A stretch of 59,810 nt of DNA, counting the filler, from Sphacelaria rigidula (Eukaryota): the NCBI GenBank assembly GCA_964200075.2. It is 10 parts of 10 records of this genome, joined end to end, with 100 filler letters (N's around TTAATTAATTAA, not from the genome) between each part and the next. Parts side by side here need not be neighbours in the genome. Positions count along the whole stretch, not along the records: positions 5,993 to 11,883 come from CAXNAA020023689.1; positions 11,984 to 17,874 come from CAXNAA020023690.1; positions 17,975 to 23,865 come from CAXNAA020023691.1; 7 more parts are not named here. One strand, given 5' to 3'. Shown here piece after piece: positions 10,196 to 23,408 of this stretch. A program made the position numbers and the translations under genes. How positions within the stretch are numbered: position 1 is the stretch's first letter; every line of letters begins with the position of its first letter. Below the pieces are notes generated by a model. It was not told the DNA's origin, did not search any database, and saw only the letters and a program-made list of their open reading frames with translations.

Positions 10196-12049
10196 TTCAG
10201 GTATTATATTGCCACAAAAAATTCATGTCTGGCGGGCTGCACAAACAAATGTTTGCGCCGCAATGTACTGACTGTAGGTGCCTTATGTAGAATTCACATC
10301 GTGAGCACACCTGCCTGCTGCAGCAGAATTGAAATCCGTTTTTTCCGGTCGATGGGTACGTTGATATCGCATGTTAACCATTTGTGAACCCTCCCCTCCC
10401 GTCCCCGGTCCAGACGCCTCATAATTTCAAGCGCTGACAAAGAAGAAAAGATGGAGAAAGAAACTACCAACAACAACCATTTCTACGGCGGAAGGCCACA
10501 GAAGAATCCATCGACATACATGCGTCATGCTTGCACCAAAAATATCGCGCCGGTGCGGTCGGATTAGTTCCAGTGAGGGGACGCAACGGGTCAAGTATGT
10601 TCAACTTTGTGCACACGGCCAAAAACAGCACCACGGCCTCTGAATTCCATACAACAAAAATCAGCACCACCTGGATATTTCCGCCGCGGTATTGTTGTGC
10701 TGGAGTCCGGAGGTCGTACCCGCCCAACACTTGGCAAGCGTGCTAAGCCACATCACAGGAACCAAGTAGTATGGCTGAGCATACAGAAATCCCCTCACCA
10801 CACGTGAAAGGATTGAGGTGCGATACATTATTTACGCGATTCACCGCCAGTTGGAAGCAGTCGCGGGTCTGAAAAACACGCGTTGGGCAAAATAGTGATC
10901 CTTGGAAGCTGTGAACAATCAACCATATGTTGTTCAAAAAACAGCACCTCGAAATCAGCGCTTTTCCATCGCCCGTATCAAAGGGGGTTTAACATCAACT
11001 GGTTCGCCACGAACCCAGCCGTGGTAAGAATACACATCTGACCGAGCTAGATATTATGACGAATTGCATGATAGTTATTCGAGTATGCAATCAGCGGGAG
11101 GCGTCCGCGTCAAATGCCCAGCACGGGAGTTAGAAGGTACCGCGTAGAAACCGGGATCATTTTTAATGTAAAGACAACAACAACGATAACGACAACAACA
11201 GCAGTTTCTTTTGAGACAGTGTTGGTTTTTGCACACGGCCTTTTTAAGCTGAAGCCATCTTGCGGGGGGAACGACCATTTCTAGTTTTTTTCTTCGTTGG
11301 GACCGTTTTTTTCTTCGTTGGGACCGTTTTTTTCTTCTCTTGCTCTTCTCCTTTCGTTTCGTTTTCGTTTCTTTTCCTCTTTTAGTTTGTAATGTTTTGG
11401 TTATATATATGTATGCGTATATTCCCTTCAGTGTACGGTACTCCAAATGTTGTTTTCCCCCATTTTTCTATTTTGTTGTCCATCTTCTTTTATCATGAGC
11501 GAACGTTTCCGTTCTGCTTCCCCTGGGTGCGTCTTCTCTTGTAAATAATTACCTGGCTGGATAAAGACCTCGGGGATCACATAAATTGCAACAATCCATC
11601 TAGAGCAATGGCCTGGAAAAGGTATACCTTCTTGTTTGTTTGCCTGAGAAAGGTACGAAAAAATGGCCAGAAACGCGAAAACATCAAAACACGCCATTTT
11701 GACCGTTTTCGCTCCGACTTTTCCACCCGCATCATTCGGGGGGAAGCATTAGCACAGGGGCCTCGACAAAACAGCGGGGAAAACATGTTACTCGCGATAT
11801 ATGGTCACGCGAAAACGGACGCCTCGCCTCCAGAAACCGCTTACCCTTTCTAGGCCAAATTTCGCCCAGGTATACCTGATCTANNNNNNNNNNNNNNNNN
11901 NNNNNNNNNNNNNNNNNNNNNNNNNNNTTAATTAATTAANNNNNNNNNNNNNNNNNNNNNNNNNNNNNNNNNNNNNNNNNNNNTAGTGGTTGGGCCACTG
12001 ACCGGGACGCCCTTTGGAGTGGGAGCGGGGGGGGGGGGGGTCACAGTGA

Positions 12050-14430
12050 CAGCCGTGGGTGCCTCCGTGTCAGCCGCTGACATGGTCGAAGGTTGGACAA
12101 GGACACAGGTATGAAATGCGGGACAGAGTACAGATGTGGCACGGTGCTCTCAACGCAGGTGGTGGCTCGCTTCCGACACCCCCCCGGCGCTACCGTTCTC
12201 GCAAGACGAACTGCAAGGGGCATCCAGGTATTTCTGCATGCTTCACCAAGGTTTCTGCTACGTTCAAGGTGGTGGCGGCCATCGATATCTCGGCCATCAT
12301 GCTGCCTGGCACGGTCGGGACCGCAGCAAGCGAAAAAATCTCTTTGCCAGGTCGCTTGGGACGATTGGGGAACTCGTTCGGGCAATCAACGGGAGCTGGG
12401 GTCATATCTCCGTCCTGGTGGAGGACACACTGTGCGCCGGACGAGTAGCGGCGCTGCGCAAGGACTGACTCATTATACCCGCGGAGTTCGGGGTTTACAC
12501 AAGTGTCACTTTTTCGATGATGATACAACAGGCCGGAACGAAGACAATGATCGACATCGTTAATCCCGACCTTGGCAAGTGATCGGGTACTCTGGCCCGA
12601 AAGTCACCCACACTTTATCTTCCGGGGATTGTTCCCCGCCGCCCACCGAGGGTTGCTTTGGCTATCCCGCCTGTACGCGACTTCGCGCAGCTGCAATCAT
12701 CCATCGAGACCGGTGGTAACGTGGTGGGGACGGTGCGGGCGGGTTATGTGGATGCATTGGAAGGGGTCGGGTCCGGAGTGACTGGGGTGGGTGGAACGCA
12801 ACCGACACCGTTGGGCGGACGAGGGTGGATCTGGGCGTGGAGGACCAGCGGGGTAAACCCCCTCGATAGCCAAGCTATCACTGTTGAATTAGCCTGTTAT
12901 ATGTTTCTTGACAATTGGTCCCGCCGCTGGGGTGGTATATACCGATAAATTCATGATGCCCAAGCAACCGGCCGCGGTGGTGGAGTGGAAGAAGCCGGTG
13001 CGGGTATGTCCAGCGCATCGAGGCCGTCAAGCATGGGGGGTCGTGCATCGGCTGGTCAGGTTGGTGGTCGACTTTCGGCCGGCCCACGGGATGTAAACAA
13101 CGCACTGTGGTGGTGATGTCGGTAAGTCAGCTTTCTGCATGACGCAGGGAATGTAGGGGCATACATAAGGATCTCCATACCGGTACAAACAGGTTGCGGA
13201 ATCGCTGGCCGCGCGTTTCGTGCGGAGTTGTGTCTAGGGCATCGACGATGGTACACGCGGGTATTGCGAGCATTGTGGGGTGCTGGCGGCGACGTAGAAG
13301 CCACCGCAGCGGCGACGGATGGAGAAGCCATTGGATATCGATGAAACACCGCTGAATGAAAAGCTGGTGGTCTCGCGGGGGTGGAACAGTCGAGGTTGGG
13401 CAAAGGCGTGAGAGTATGGTGGCAGACTCGTTCGATAAGTCTGTGCGGGAGCGCTCGGGATGTTAGATAGGACTAGACGGCGCAACACCGGAGCAGGTGG
13501 ACTATCTGGCATCCCGAGATTCGCAGAGATGTGGCACGGACGTCGTGCACGAGAAGCACTGCCAGGCAGTATAGAAATCGTGTCAAGAGTGAGGCTTGGG
13601 TTGTGGTGAGCGCTACGCGCACACCTCACCGAAGAAGCGGTATACATTGAAGTCGAGATGTGCCCCCTCGGAATTCTCACGAAGGACGAGGAACGGTCGG
13701 TACTCATGTGCTGTTGGTGGCAGACCATAGGGGCAATCAAGTGAGTGAGCCAGTGGAGTAATATTTGGCGCTCACGACCGCAGAGTAAATGTTGGACGTT
13801 CACCGCCAAGCAGGCTGTACCCCTGACGCGCTCCGATTTACAAGCAATCATACAACACATTTTGGTGCTGTTGCGTGCGAGAAGTAATCCGCCATAGCGG
13901 ATTGCGCCAGCGGATTGGGTTAGGGTGAGGTACATTGCATTATTTTACGGTGGCACTCAGGACGGCGGGGCCCCGGCGGGGATTCGGCGCACATGCTGGC
14001 AGGCAGTGATGCTTTGCGCTTGCCAGACAGTAAAACGGTGGTGCCGAATTTCCTGCCCGCCAACACGCTATGGGAAGGGTCGAAGTACGTACACCATGTC
14101 GCGCCGCACAGTATTATGTATGACGCGCTTGCAGCCACAGTGCTGGAGCAGTACACGCAAGCGATGAGATCGTGCGGGTGGAGCAGGGGGCAGGGTTTCC
14201 TGTTCCCAGAGGTAAGGGTAGCGGGGTATCTCAGCCAGGCTAAATGTACGGGTGCAACGACGCCGGGGGCTATATCGGCACGGCTTCAAAAGAACGTGCA
14301 GGCTGGGGAAGAAGAGGTTCGCAACGCGTTTTTTCAGGGTGCGAGCAGCGGTCGCTAGAACGACAGTGGGGCAGGAAATTGCGACGATCATGGTAAGGGT
14401 AGGTTGTAAATAGAGGTGGGCACCAGTGAC
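12050..14430 (+). mobile_element. Decayed DIRS-type tyrosine-recombinase retrotransposon (RT, RNase H, YR remnants)
   Basis: RT-like ALPF..FTKV..VAWDDW (~12185-12370); RNase H-like FLDNWSRRWGG (~12905-12935); YR segments KQAVPLTRSDLQAII..RYIALF, GQGFLFP..TPGAISARLQK and RFFRVRAAVAR..GQEIATIMVRVG (decayed HSFRxG box). Many stops and frameshifts. Confidence 0.7.
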
Positions 14431-16185
14431 CAAAGAAGAAAAACGATTACCGGATAGGAGACATTATTCTCAGAATTAAAAACCGGTTAAACCGTTTGTT
14501 TCTCAGCGGGTTTAGCCTGATGAACAAACGAAAACGCCTTCAAATCATTGGAGCGCGGGTAAATTAGGCGTTGTTGTCGCGTGTTTCGTGTGTGGTGGGT
14601 GATTAATACACTCAAAACACACCCATGGCCGGCGACGGGAGGGTTCAATCTCACACCTTCACACACGTGACCTGTCGAACGTACAGCACAGTGGCTGGTG
14701 ACATCGATTCCATTGCTTAAAAGGAAAGGATGTCGGCTATTACTTGAACAGCTGCTGTTTAAAACTGGAAACTGGCGAGGGCAAATCGACGAGATATTAG
14801 CACAAAAGACTACTCTGTCCATATGAAGAGTTTCTGGTTTGACCAGTAGCGTGCAAGACAACATAGCCGAAAAGGAAAACTCTGCACCCCACACCCCACC
14901 TGCCCCTGCGACGCCATGCCCAAAAATAGGAGGCAGGAATAGGGGTATTGATCCCCGTTAACGTTTCGTGGAAAAAGCGTATCGCCTCAGTGTCCAAAAA
15001 CGACGAAACGGCTGGCAATGAAAACCCACACAAGAGAGACGCTACAAACCACGCATTTAACGATGCGATGGCGCTTTCTCTCCGGGAAATTTTGCATACC
15101 TTGGACGCTAGAATACACAGTCAAAAAGTGTGCTGCTTACAGTATCGATTATTGCGCCTATTGCAACAGACAATATATTTCATACTGTACGAAGTATATT
15201 TTTTGACAATATAATCTTTTGTCCAGGGCGTGCGATTTTGCCCCACATAATGAATCATGGCGCAATAATGGAACAAGAGCGATAGGCGACAAGATATCGC
15301 ATCGACTTTTGTCAAGGAGAAACACCGACGGCCAGGCCAGACTTCTTCCTGTTCAACGATTTTGGATCAGTGTTCGGCGTATCGCTTTTTGACGGCTGTT
15401 ACAAAGACTACAAAGGCTGCTCAGGATTTAACTCCAAGTACGAAGGCTGGTTATATTATACATCGCACGAGGGGTGCACCAAAAACTATCCCACCTATGT
15501 TGCCATTTTTCATTTGGACCTCTTAGGGGGGAATATAGGGTACTGGGCCACCCCCCACTCAGTGACAAACAAGGAGAGCGGAGGCGGCGGCGTTGGCGTC
15601 TCGTTGGCGTTGAGCAAGCTCGGACGTCATGATCGGAACATGGCGAGCATGGCCCTGAATTAGTTGATCTTCCCTTGCACGGTCTTGGGCCAGGAAAATT
15701 CACGGAAGACAGCCTGATAGGCAGTGTTCTAGGCTCAATCGTGATTGATATCTGGTCGGTGGCGATACAGGGGGTGTAAGCGTGTCGCCCGAGACCATCC
15801 TATGCTGATGCGGCCTCCTCCAGCGGTAGTAGCACCCCCCCCCCCCCCCCCCTGTCTCGGCCGACGGCGGTATTTGCACCTCCCCCCCCCCCCCCCCCTC
15901 CCGGTCTCGGCCGCTACTGCCGAACACCGACGCTTTGCCGTTCATTACGACATTCCGTGGTAAAATCTTTCGGTCCACCAGCTTCCAGCCACGCTCAACA
16001 ATCTCGCCACAACAACGACAATGACAAACGCGATACAACGCGTCAAGGAACCCAGGGTCTACGAGCAGACCCGCACATCATAATATCTTGCAACACCGCT
16101 GACCCTCATCACATCCGTACAGTACGAGTCGTACTCCAAAAAAATCTGTTGAAAAACGGTTAATCAGAAAACGGCTTTTTCGATA

Positions 16186-17434
16186 CAGTAGTGGCTACGG
16201 TTTAAGAGAAAACATTTCAAGAGAAAAAGTGCCGGTTTAAGAAAGTCAATCTGGCTTGGCACGACCAAAATCGATTCGAGAGAGACTTTGTCTTACGTTG
16301 GAGATTCTCTCTCAAATCGAACCTCTAAAAAGTGCCACACACAGCAGCTGTAGACCGATCACATCGACGATGGGTGGATGGGTGGGTGGCTTTTCTCGTA
16401 GGTGTGGTTGGGTGGGTGGAGCGGTTGGCCCATGGGCTTGTGTTGTAGAAGAGGTGCGGGTATAAAGTACAGCAATAACACATGAACACAACCTACAGAG
16501 TGCATCCACGTGCAAAAATTGCATCACACGGCACCATGATTTCTTCCCAGCACCCTGGTACCAGGTATCAGGTACTTGCCGCGAAGACATTGCTCGCCAA
16601 CGAACAGGTTGAGAAGTGCTTGAGCTAGCACAAGGTAGGGACGTTAGGTAACATGAATGATACGCCCTCACAGGCTCTTACGCAGATGATTGAAACGTGA
16701 GCGTCCACTTTCACGGCCTTTCAAAATGGCTACGGTTTAAGAGAATGTTCCCTTAAAATATTACTTCCTCTGTTTGGAAAGGTAGGCTCTCTCAGAAAAA
16801 AAGAGGCATAACTTTGGCCCAACTGCGATTTTTCTGTCCTTTTTCTTCTTTGCTTTCGTGACGACCTGAAGAACACCCCAAAACCGAGGTCTTTGGTCAG
16901 TCCACAGTGCAACACCGCCTGTACCCTCGGTGACCACAGAGTCCCTGGCCGAAGAAAGGGAAGACCACCGTTTGAAGGCCTTCCCCCTATTTTTTTTCAA
17001 TCGTCTTATTCGGCGGAATTCGTGCCGATTCGGCGGAGCTCGTAAAACCACTTTTTTTGTGGTCCGACCAAACAACAGCACACGAGCAACGCCGGCGATC
17101 AGCTCATTCTGGGGGGGTGTTATCTTGCGTTTTTTTTTTCTTTCCGGGGGCAATATCACGTTATCCCCTGCTTTTTTTTTTTTTGCACATGGTACAAATG
17201 ATGTGCGGAACACATACCGATGGTGGCCTGATCAAGAACCGCGTTATTCGCATACTTCCTGACGCGAGCTTATATTCCCGATATTTCCGAGAGAGCCGAT
17301 ATTTGCGAACAGAGGAAGTTCACGGTTTCAGAGAATATATTATAAACCGTAGCCAGCACGATTTTAGAGAAAGCCGGATTTAAGAGAGAAATATTGGTTT
17401 TACCCATCTCTCTCTTCAACCGTAGCCACTACTG
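16186..17434. mobile_element. Non-autonomous Tc1/mariner-pogo-like element
   Basis: TA|CAGTAGTGGCTACGGTTTAAGAGA ... TCTCTTCAACCGTAGCCACTACTG|TA (24-bp TIR, one mismatch). Internal copies of the GGCTACGGTTTA motif at ~16728 and, inverted, ~17343. Confidence 0.85.
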
Positions 17435-18889
17435 TACAGGGTTTTCGATACATACAGAGTAGCCTTGGAGAGGCTTCTAAGAATAGGGCATTTTCGATCA
17501 TCGTTTTCGCCAGATATCTGGGGTAACACGGGTGCTCTGAGGCCGTGTCTTATCAAAAAAATTTCGTGTCGAAAACGTGCGGTCGAATCGAATTCGCTCG
17601 TTTCTGATTCGCCCACGCTATTCATTGTCTCAGATGGTTGAAAACATGAATGCCGTGGACGTATCAGGTACAAGCAAACTCGATTCCACCGTGCGTTTCG
17701 AGTCGAAAACAATTTGATAAGACACGGCCTGAGATACTTAAAAAGCGTCAAAGCCTCATGAATGAGATCTCTCGATGTTTTCACCGATGGATGATACGGT
17801 AGGGATCAGGGGGGTCTCTGGATTGAAAATGACCAACCCCAACCCCCTACGAGCCCCTTTTTTGGGCCCGATTTNNNNNNNNNNNNNNNNNNNNNNNNNN
17901 NNNNNNNNNNNNNNNNNNTTAATTAATTAANNNNNNNNNNNNNNNNNNNNNNNNNNNNNNNNNNNNNNNNNNNNGGATACTAAAAATAAGATAAGCCCTT
18001 GTATGTAGGCTGTCGATCGCTTGTGCGACTTTGCCGTTGGGGTCGTTACATGAGCCATGATCAAACTGGACAGAATAAGATCGCCGCTGATCCCTAGTAC
18101 ATCGTCGACGACAAGACCCCACAAAAAATATAGAACCCAGCTGGAGTAATCATTATTGGTTGACAGCCGTCAACGCGAAGACATCACGAGAGACGCTGAT
18201 CCCGTGTAGCACCAAAAATCAACCGTCGAGTGCACAGAAGACATCAGGGCGCACGGGATGGGAGCTTAGATGATGGACCGGAGGACTCATTATCAATGCG
18301 CTCAACTCCGCGTGCTTAACCAGATCACCACGATCCGAGGGAAATCTTTCATGCACCCAAGGGGTTGCAAGTATGCGATGCACCCAGGGGCACTCTAGCG
18401 TTTCTTCAGACTCAAGTCTCGCTGGCCCAATTCTGACTTTGATCGAGAAAGAGAAGCATGCCCCGGCTCTAAATTTAGTTGAAACGCCAAATACGAGGTG
18501 CCCTTTGCGATATTAGCCCCCCTTTTACTGAAAAATGACCATTTTTCATCCAAGATTACCAATTTGGGGCATTCAATATTATCCTAGGCAACCCGGAAAT
18601 CACACCTCCGCTGTCAAGTCAGTGTGGTTTGGAAAAACTCGCGGCCGAATCGGGTAAAGGTATGGCTTCCCAAACGCCAAGGGAGCTTCCAACACTTGCC
18701 GACAACTCTTCATCTTTTGAATTTGGAACGAGTTGTGAGCTAACATTGTATCTATTTTTTTCCGGCCGTTCCGGTACATTCAAGACTCATATAAAAAAAG
18801 GTCGAAAACTAGGTAATGGCATGTACTACTACATGGGAAACATGTTCAATGCATTCAACAACGTTTTCGTGGTAGTGGCCGTCTAGGAT

Positions 18890-19140
18890 ACGATTGAAAA
18901 TAAGAAGTGGTCAATCGCTGAATGAAAAAAACTCAGTTCTGAAATGTCTCTCCAGGCCTTATTCGAGGTCCGATACACTTTCTGTAGTAGCTTGCCATCG
19001 GAGGCTTTGATATCCCTGAGCACGATATCGAGGTGTAGCTGTAAGCATTCGGCAGTGTTGCGGGCAACGAAAGGACCACACTAGATTTAAAAATGGTCGA
19101 GCTAGAGCGAATGATAAACTCACCCTCAATCAACGCTAGA
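18890..19140 (-). repeat. Interspersed repeat family shared by three fragments (also ~44540-44760 minus and ~54320-54560 plus)
   Basis: Homologous pseudo-translations SLPATLPNAYSYTSISCSGI / SLPVTLSCAYSYTSISYSGI / SLPVSLACVVTYTWISYSAI; the block GCAAGCTACTACAG is shared by the first two. Confidence 0.7.
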
Positions 19141-20224
19141 CTCCAAATGTCATAAAAACATTGTTATTGGTGATGTCTTGTGTGGACGTGGGGCACATGG
19201 TGTTTCCACGGATAGCAAGGTAGCCGTACCCGGGGGTGGTGCCCACCGTTTTATCGCATCGCAAACGAACGGTGGTCCTCCTGGCTATCCCACGGGTGTA
19301 GCAAGGGATGTCGAATTCTTGGCAATATCTCTCATGCGGTCAGAAGCATGATACAGTCTACCCACAAGCGGCAAATGCGTCAAATAACACCCCCCCGTGG
19401 GTGAAGGTGTTTGGGGAGGAGATATGCTCATCTCATGATCGGGGAGGAGACGGGGGCAACGGTGGTCCCACATTAGTAAATAGAATGTGTATGTTCTAGG
19501 GACCACAAGTGTGTCCAAAGGCATAGTCGTTTGTAGTCAACGGCCCCTGACGCTAGGTTATGAGCCCGGCGCGTACTTAGGAAGAGAATGGAAGAATATT
19601 TCCCTCGAGGTATATGCAGTCCCGTGAGAGAAAGCAAAGGTGTCACCACTTGGAATAGATTGTAGACTTTTAGTGATGCCGGTCACGTGTTCAGACTACG
19701 TTTTATCCCGCCGCGAATGGCTCATACGTCGGGTGACACCTCTTTCCGCTGAAAATGTTCGGGGAGGGGGTACGTTGATTTTATGCCCGGGAAGGAGGGG
19801 CGGGTGTGGGGGGGTAAGAGTCATGAAGCAGCAGGGCGGGATGAGTACATTCAAACGGTACCCCCCGTGGGTTCAGGGACATCACCATCCGCATGTAGCA
19901 GACCCTCATGGTTGATTAGAACCCCTGCACATACTTAGAGAAAGGATGGGACCGTGTGTTCCTCAAGGAATATATAGTCCCGTCAAGGAAACGGAGTGTA
20001 TGACTACTTGAAGTAAATTATCGGTTTTCTATCGGTAGCGGCCGCGTATTCAGATCTATGTTGTCCGGCCGCAAATGGCTTACACGTAGAATAGCATTCC
20101 CTTCCTGTTGAGCCTGGTCCTGTGAAAACCCGGCGTGCTCTGTCCCAGCTTTGTAGGTACGAAGTCCCTATACAGGGCTGGCGTCGGTTGGCAATGACGC
20201 TGCAAAACACGCCAGTCATTGCGT

Positions 20225-20420
20225 AAGGTAGGCAGCCACGTTACCGTTTCATTTGCGCGCTTGCGTTGTTTTTGCGGTTCCCATGGTGGTGGTCGAGCTA
20301 GAGTATATTGTGCGACATGAGAAAACCTCAATTCCGCGCAAAGGAGATGAGCATACTACGTAGTGTTCGAAATGGTGAGACACACACGAGGTAGTGTGTA
20401 GCCCGTGGATATCTCTGGAA
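20225..20420 (+). repeat. Dispersed repeat (second copy ~23690-23865)
   Basis: Shared TTGCG..CTTGCGTT..CCATG.TGGT.GTCGAGCTAGA..GAAAACCTCAA..ACGTAGTGTT..GAGGTAGTGT..TCTCTGG. Confidence 0.75.
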
Positions 20421-20504
20421 GTTGCGATACCAGAAAATGAAGCATCTCATGGGAGGCTGTCATCCAAATGCTAGATAATCAGTACGCTCCGGACCGAAAC
20501 ATCC

Positions 20505-20700
20505 TTGCAGGATGCAGCTCACCCTTCACGCGACTTGCCCAACACATCACGGCGCTTCGCCTTTTTTTATAATTGATTGCGGACCTGGTCCGTGGAAAAC
20601 CCGGCGTACTCCGTCCCGGCTTTGTCGGGATGCGACGTTGGTCTCATGATCTTGCATGGTCAGATGACTACGGTACGCAAGATCATGAGTACGCCCCCCC
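20505..20700 (-). repeat. R1 element copy
   Basis: Reverse-complement match to 7133-7308 and 9250-9415, ending in a C-tract on the plus strand. Confidence 0.85.
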
Positions 20701-21438
20701 CTCCCTCCGCCTCCTTCCCGCTGGGATTGTTCGGGTAGGAGATGCGTTGACTTTGTCCCCCGAAAAAAGGGGTGAGGGAAGGAAGGGATCATGAAGCAGC
20801 AGTGTAGGGTAAATACGTTCGAAAGATGCCTGTCGCATGTTTAGAGGACGTCGCCACTCGCGTGTAAACGCATGTGTATCTGGCCAGGACAGTAGACAAA
20901 ACTTCCATCATGTTCGGGGAGTGGTCGGAGCTACTTCATCGCCGGGTGCGGAATAACGGGTCGTCGGGGATAGACTTTTTATTGAGTACACATCCTATTA
21001 ATGCGTTTTAGTATTTAGGTGCATCACCGTTCGTGTGTAACTGGTCAACACTGTAGATACCACCCGTGTGATCATGTTCGAGTGGAGGGGGAGGGATGCG
21101 TGCATTACATCCCAGGGTGAGGGTATGCGTTGAACTCGAAATCTCAACATCATGACCTATATTACTCCGGACGTGCCCCCGGGTTAGTTACTGGGTTGTT
21201 TCGTGTGTGGAGGGGGGGAAATGACAATACAGGAGCTCAACGTGGCCAGCCTCAAACCCCCAATATACACTTTATGGGGATCGTTCCACCCATCCAGCCA
21301 CATGCCTAGCACATTGGACGATTGGGCAGACATATTCTTGCGTTGCTGATGGCTTTCCTCCCCTATCCCTCGACCAACCGGTATCGCCTACATTTGGAAA
21401 ATTACTGCGTAACCCAGGTCACCTTCCCTGGCGGTTAA

Positions 21439-22660
21439 CCTTCTGACGGCGAGGGTAGGTCACCTGGTCATGCAGTATATTCAAAGTGAAATTGATGCTG
21501 ACTAAACGCATGGCCTCTGCTTGCAGTCAAACGGTCATAACCTGTTGACCGCCCGAGGTATCCATTCTTTTCAATCAGCACCGTTTTCGATCTTTTCTCA
21601 AAAGAGAAAATGATGCGGTCGAAGGGTTCTCAAGACTTGCACCATGTACCCTCGCCTTCAGTGAAGTCATGCTTGAACTTCTCCCACAGAAGGCGTGCGG
21701 ACGCTACGTCGAGGATACGGGTGGCGAAGAGATAAGCGTAACTCATTTATACTTTTGAAAAGAATGGCTTCCTGCAGCACAATTTCGATGCCCTTCATCG
21801 TGTTGAATAATGCCCATGATCTTGGCTGCATCTTGAAAGGTAGATGGACCCTTTGACCGCAGGAGGTGTCCATTTGTTGAATCGGCATCATTTTCACCCT
21901 TTTTCAAGTAGCAAATATGCCGAACGGCTAAACGGACAATCGGGAATTTCCGACAATAAGAATGGAAGAAAGTCTCAAACTCAGTGGTAACTGAGTGGCG
22001 GTTACTGTAAAAACCTTAAAGGAGCGTTGTCAATGCTAAGGCATCACAGAAAACACTGACCTGCCCTGATCCTGTGCAACATTACAAATCAATCGTTGAG
22101 TGCACAGAATACACCACGGCTCAGGGCATAGGGGCTGAAATGATGCACTGAAGACTCGTTATCAACGTGCTCCACGCCGCGTACTGCACGTGACCACCAG
22201 CATCCGGGGACCAAAGGTTGACACTTTTAGCGCCGGAGGTGTCCATTTGTTGAAACGTCATCATTTTCAGTCCCTTTTGAAGAGACAAATGATGCTGATT
22301 CCACAGCCTAGACCCGGAGGTCTTTATTCACGGAGTCGACATCATCTTGACTTGAAAAGGGCCTGAGAACCAATAAATGGACACCTCCGGCGATTTAAGT
22401 TTATTTTTCGGCACCGTGAGACAAACCACCCCGTGAGTGCGGACCCATCGAACACCTTCGCTGCCCGAGTTCTCACGGTGTTTCTTCGTCGGGGTTGGGA
22501 TTGGGGTTAGCATTTGAGTGTAGTATGGCCAGAGTATCAAATACCCAGATATGTGCTGACGCCGAACGTGAGCCCCCTGACCGCCGGAGGAGCCCATTTG
22601 TTGGATCAAGCATCATTTTTCAGTCCTTGTTCGAGTTGAAAGTGATGCCGGACGGCTCAA
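21439..22660. mobile_element. Cluster of decayed TTAA-type mini-MITE relatives
   Basis: TTAA|CCTTCTGACGGCGAGGGTAGGTCACCTG at 21439; related CC..GACCGC.GGAGG..CCATTTGTTG.ATC..CATCATTTT units at ~21848, ~22225 and ~22573. Confidence 0.6.
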
Positions 22661-23050
22661 TGAACAATCCGGGATTTTGGGCTGAGGTCGATCACACAGA
22701 ACGTTCCGGGAGAAAAATTTGCAATGGGGTGCGCCACGCTCGGGAACTTTCAGAAAATTGATAATCCGTATTATTATTACGAATACGTGCGTGCTTACAG
22801 GCAGACCGCACCGCTAGTGTCATACTTCACGTACTTTGTCTTCACCTAAACCCACACGATCACTGAGGCCCAGACACCACACGGGAATCGGATATACCCT
22901 GAGCAAAGACAGATCGAAGCGCATTGTCAACAGACCCTGCAAGTCTATGGCCATATACACTCGAGCAGTACGAGTCACATCGGACTCCCCTTCCCCCCCC
23001 CGCCCGCGCTTCTGACACCCAACGAATAGACTAATCAGACCTGCTATCAG

Positions 23051-23408
23051 GCAGCCCTGACGGGCCCGATGGTACCGGGGCCCATTGGCGCCGGCGGCAT
23101 GGTCTCTGGCAACGCACTGCCGAGACTTGCCAGCAGCAACAGCAGCAGCATGTCCACCACCGGAGGCCTTGGTGGCGGAGGTGGCGGTGGCGGCATGAAC
23201 CAAGCCTTGGGGCACCAGCACGCACAGCAGCAGCAGCAGCAGCAGCAACATGTTGGAGGTAACCGCATAGCATCGCAGCAGCAGCAGCAGCAGTGGGGGC
23301 TGAAACACGCGCAACTTGGTCCTCGTCCCGCTGCTGCAGGCCGTAGCACGGGTCCTGGTCACATGAGAACCTCGGGGTTCGGATTGGTCCAAGGACAACC
23401 CGCCAGAG
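23051..23408 (+). CDS. Candidate internal exon of a Gly/Gln-rich low-complexity host protein
   Basis: CTAAT branch + ATCAG| acceptor; open frame AALTGPMVPGPIGAGG..GGGGGGGG..QQQQQQQQ..; donor GAG|GTGCGG after 23408 (alternative GAG|GTAACC after 23258). Confidence 0.55.

Noticed and set aside
14820..15720. hAT/BED-type transposase relic
   Set aside because: No catalytic motifs could be identified with confidence.
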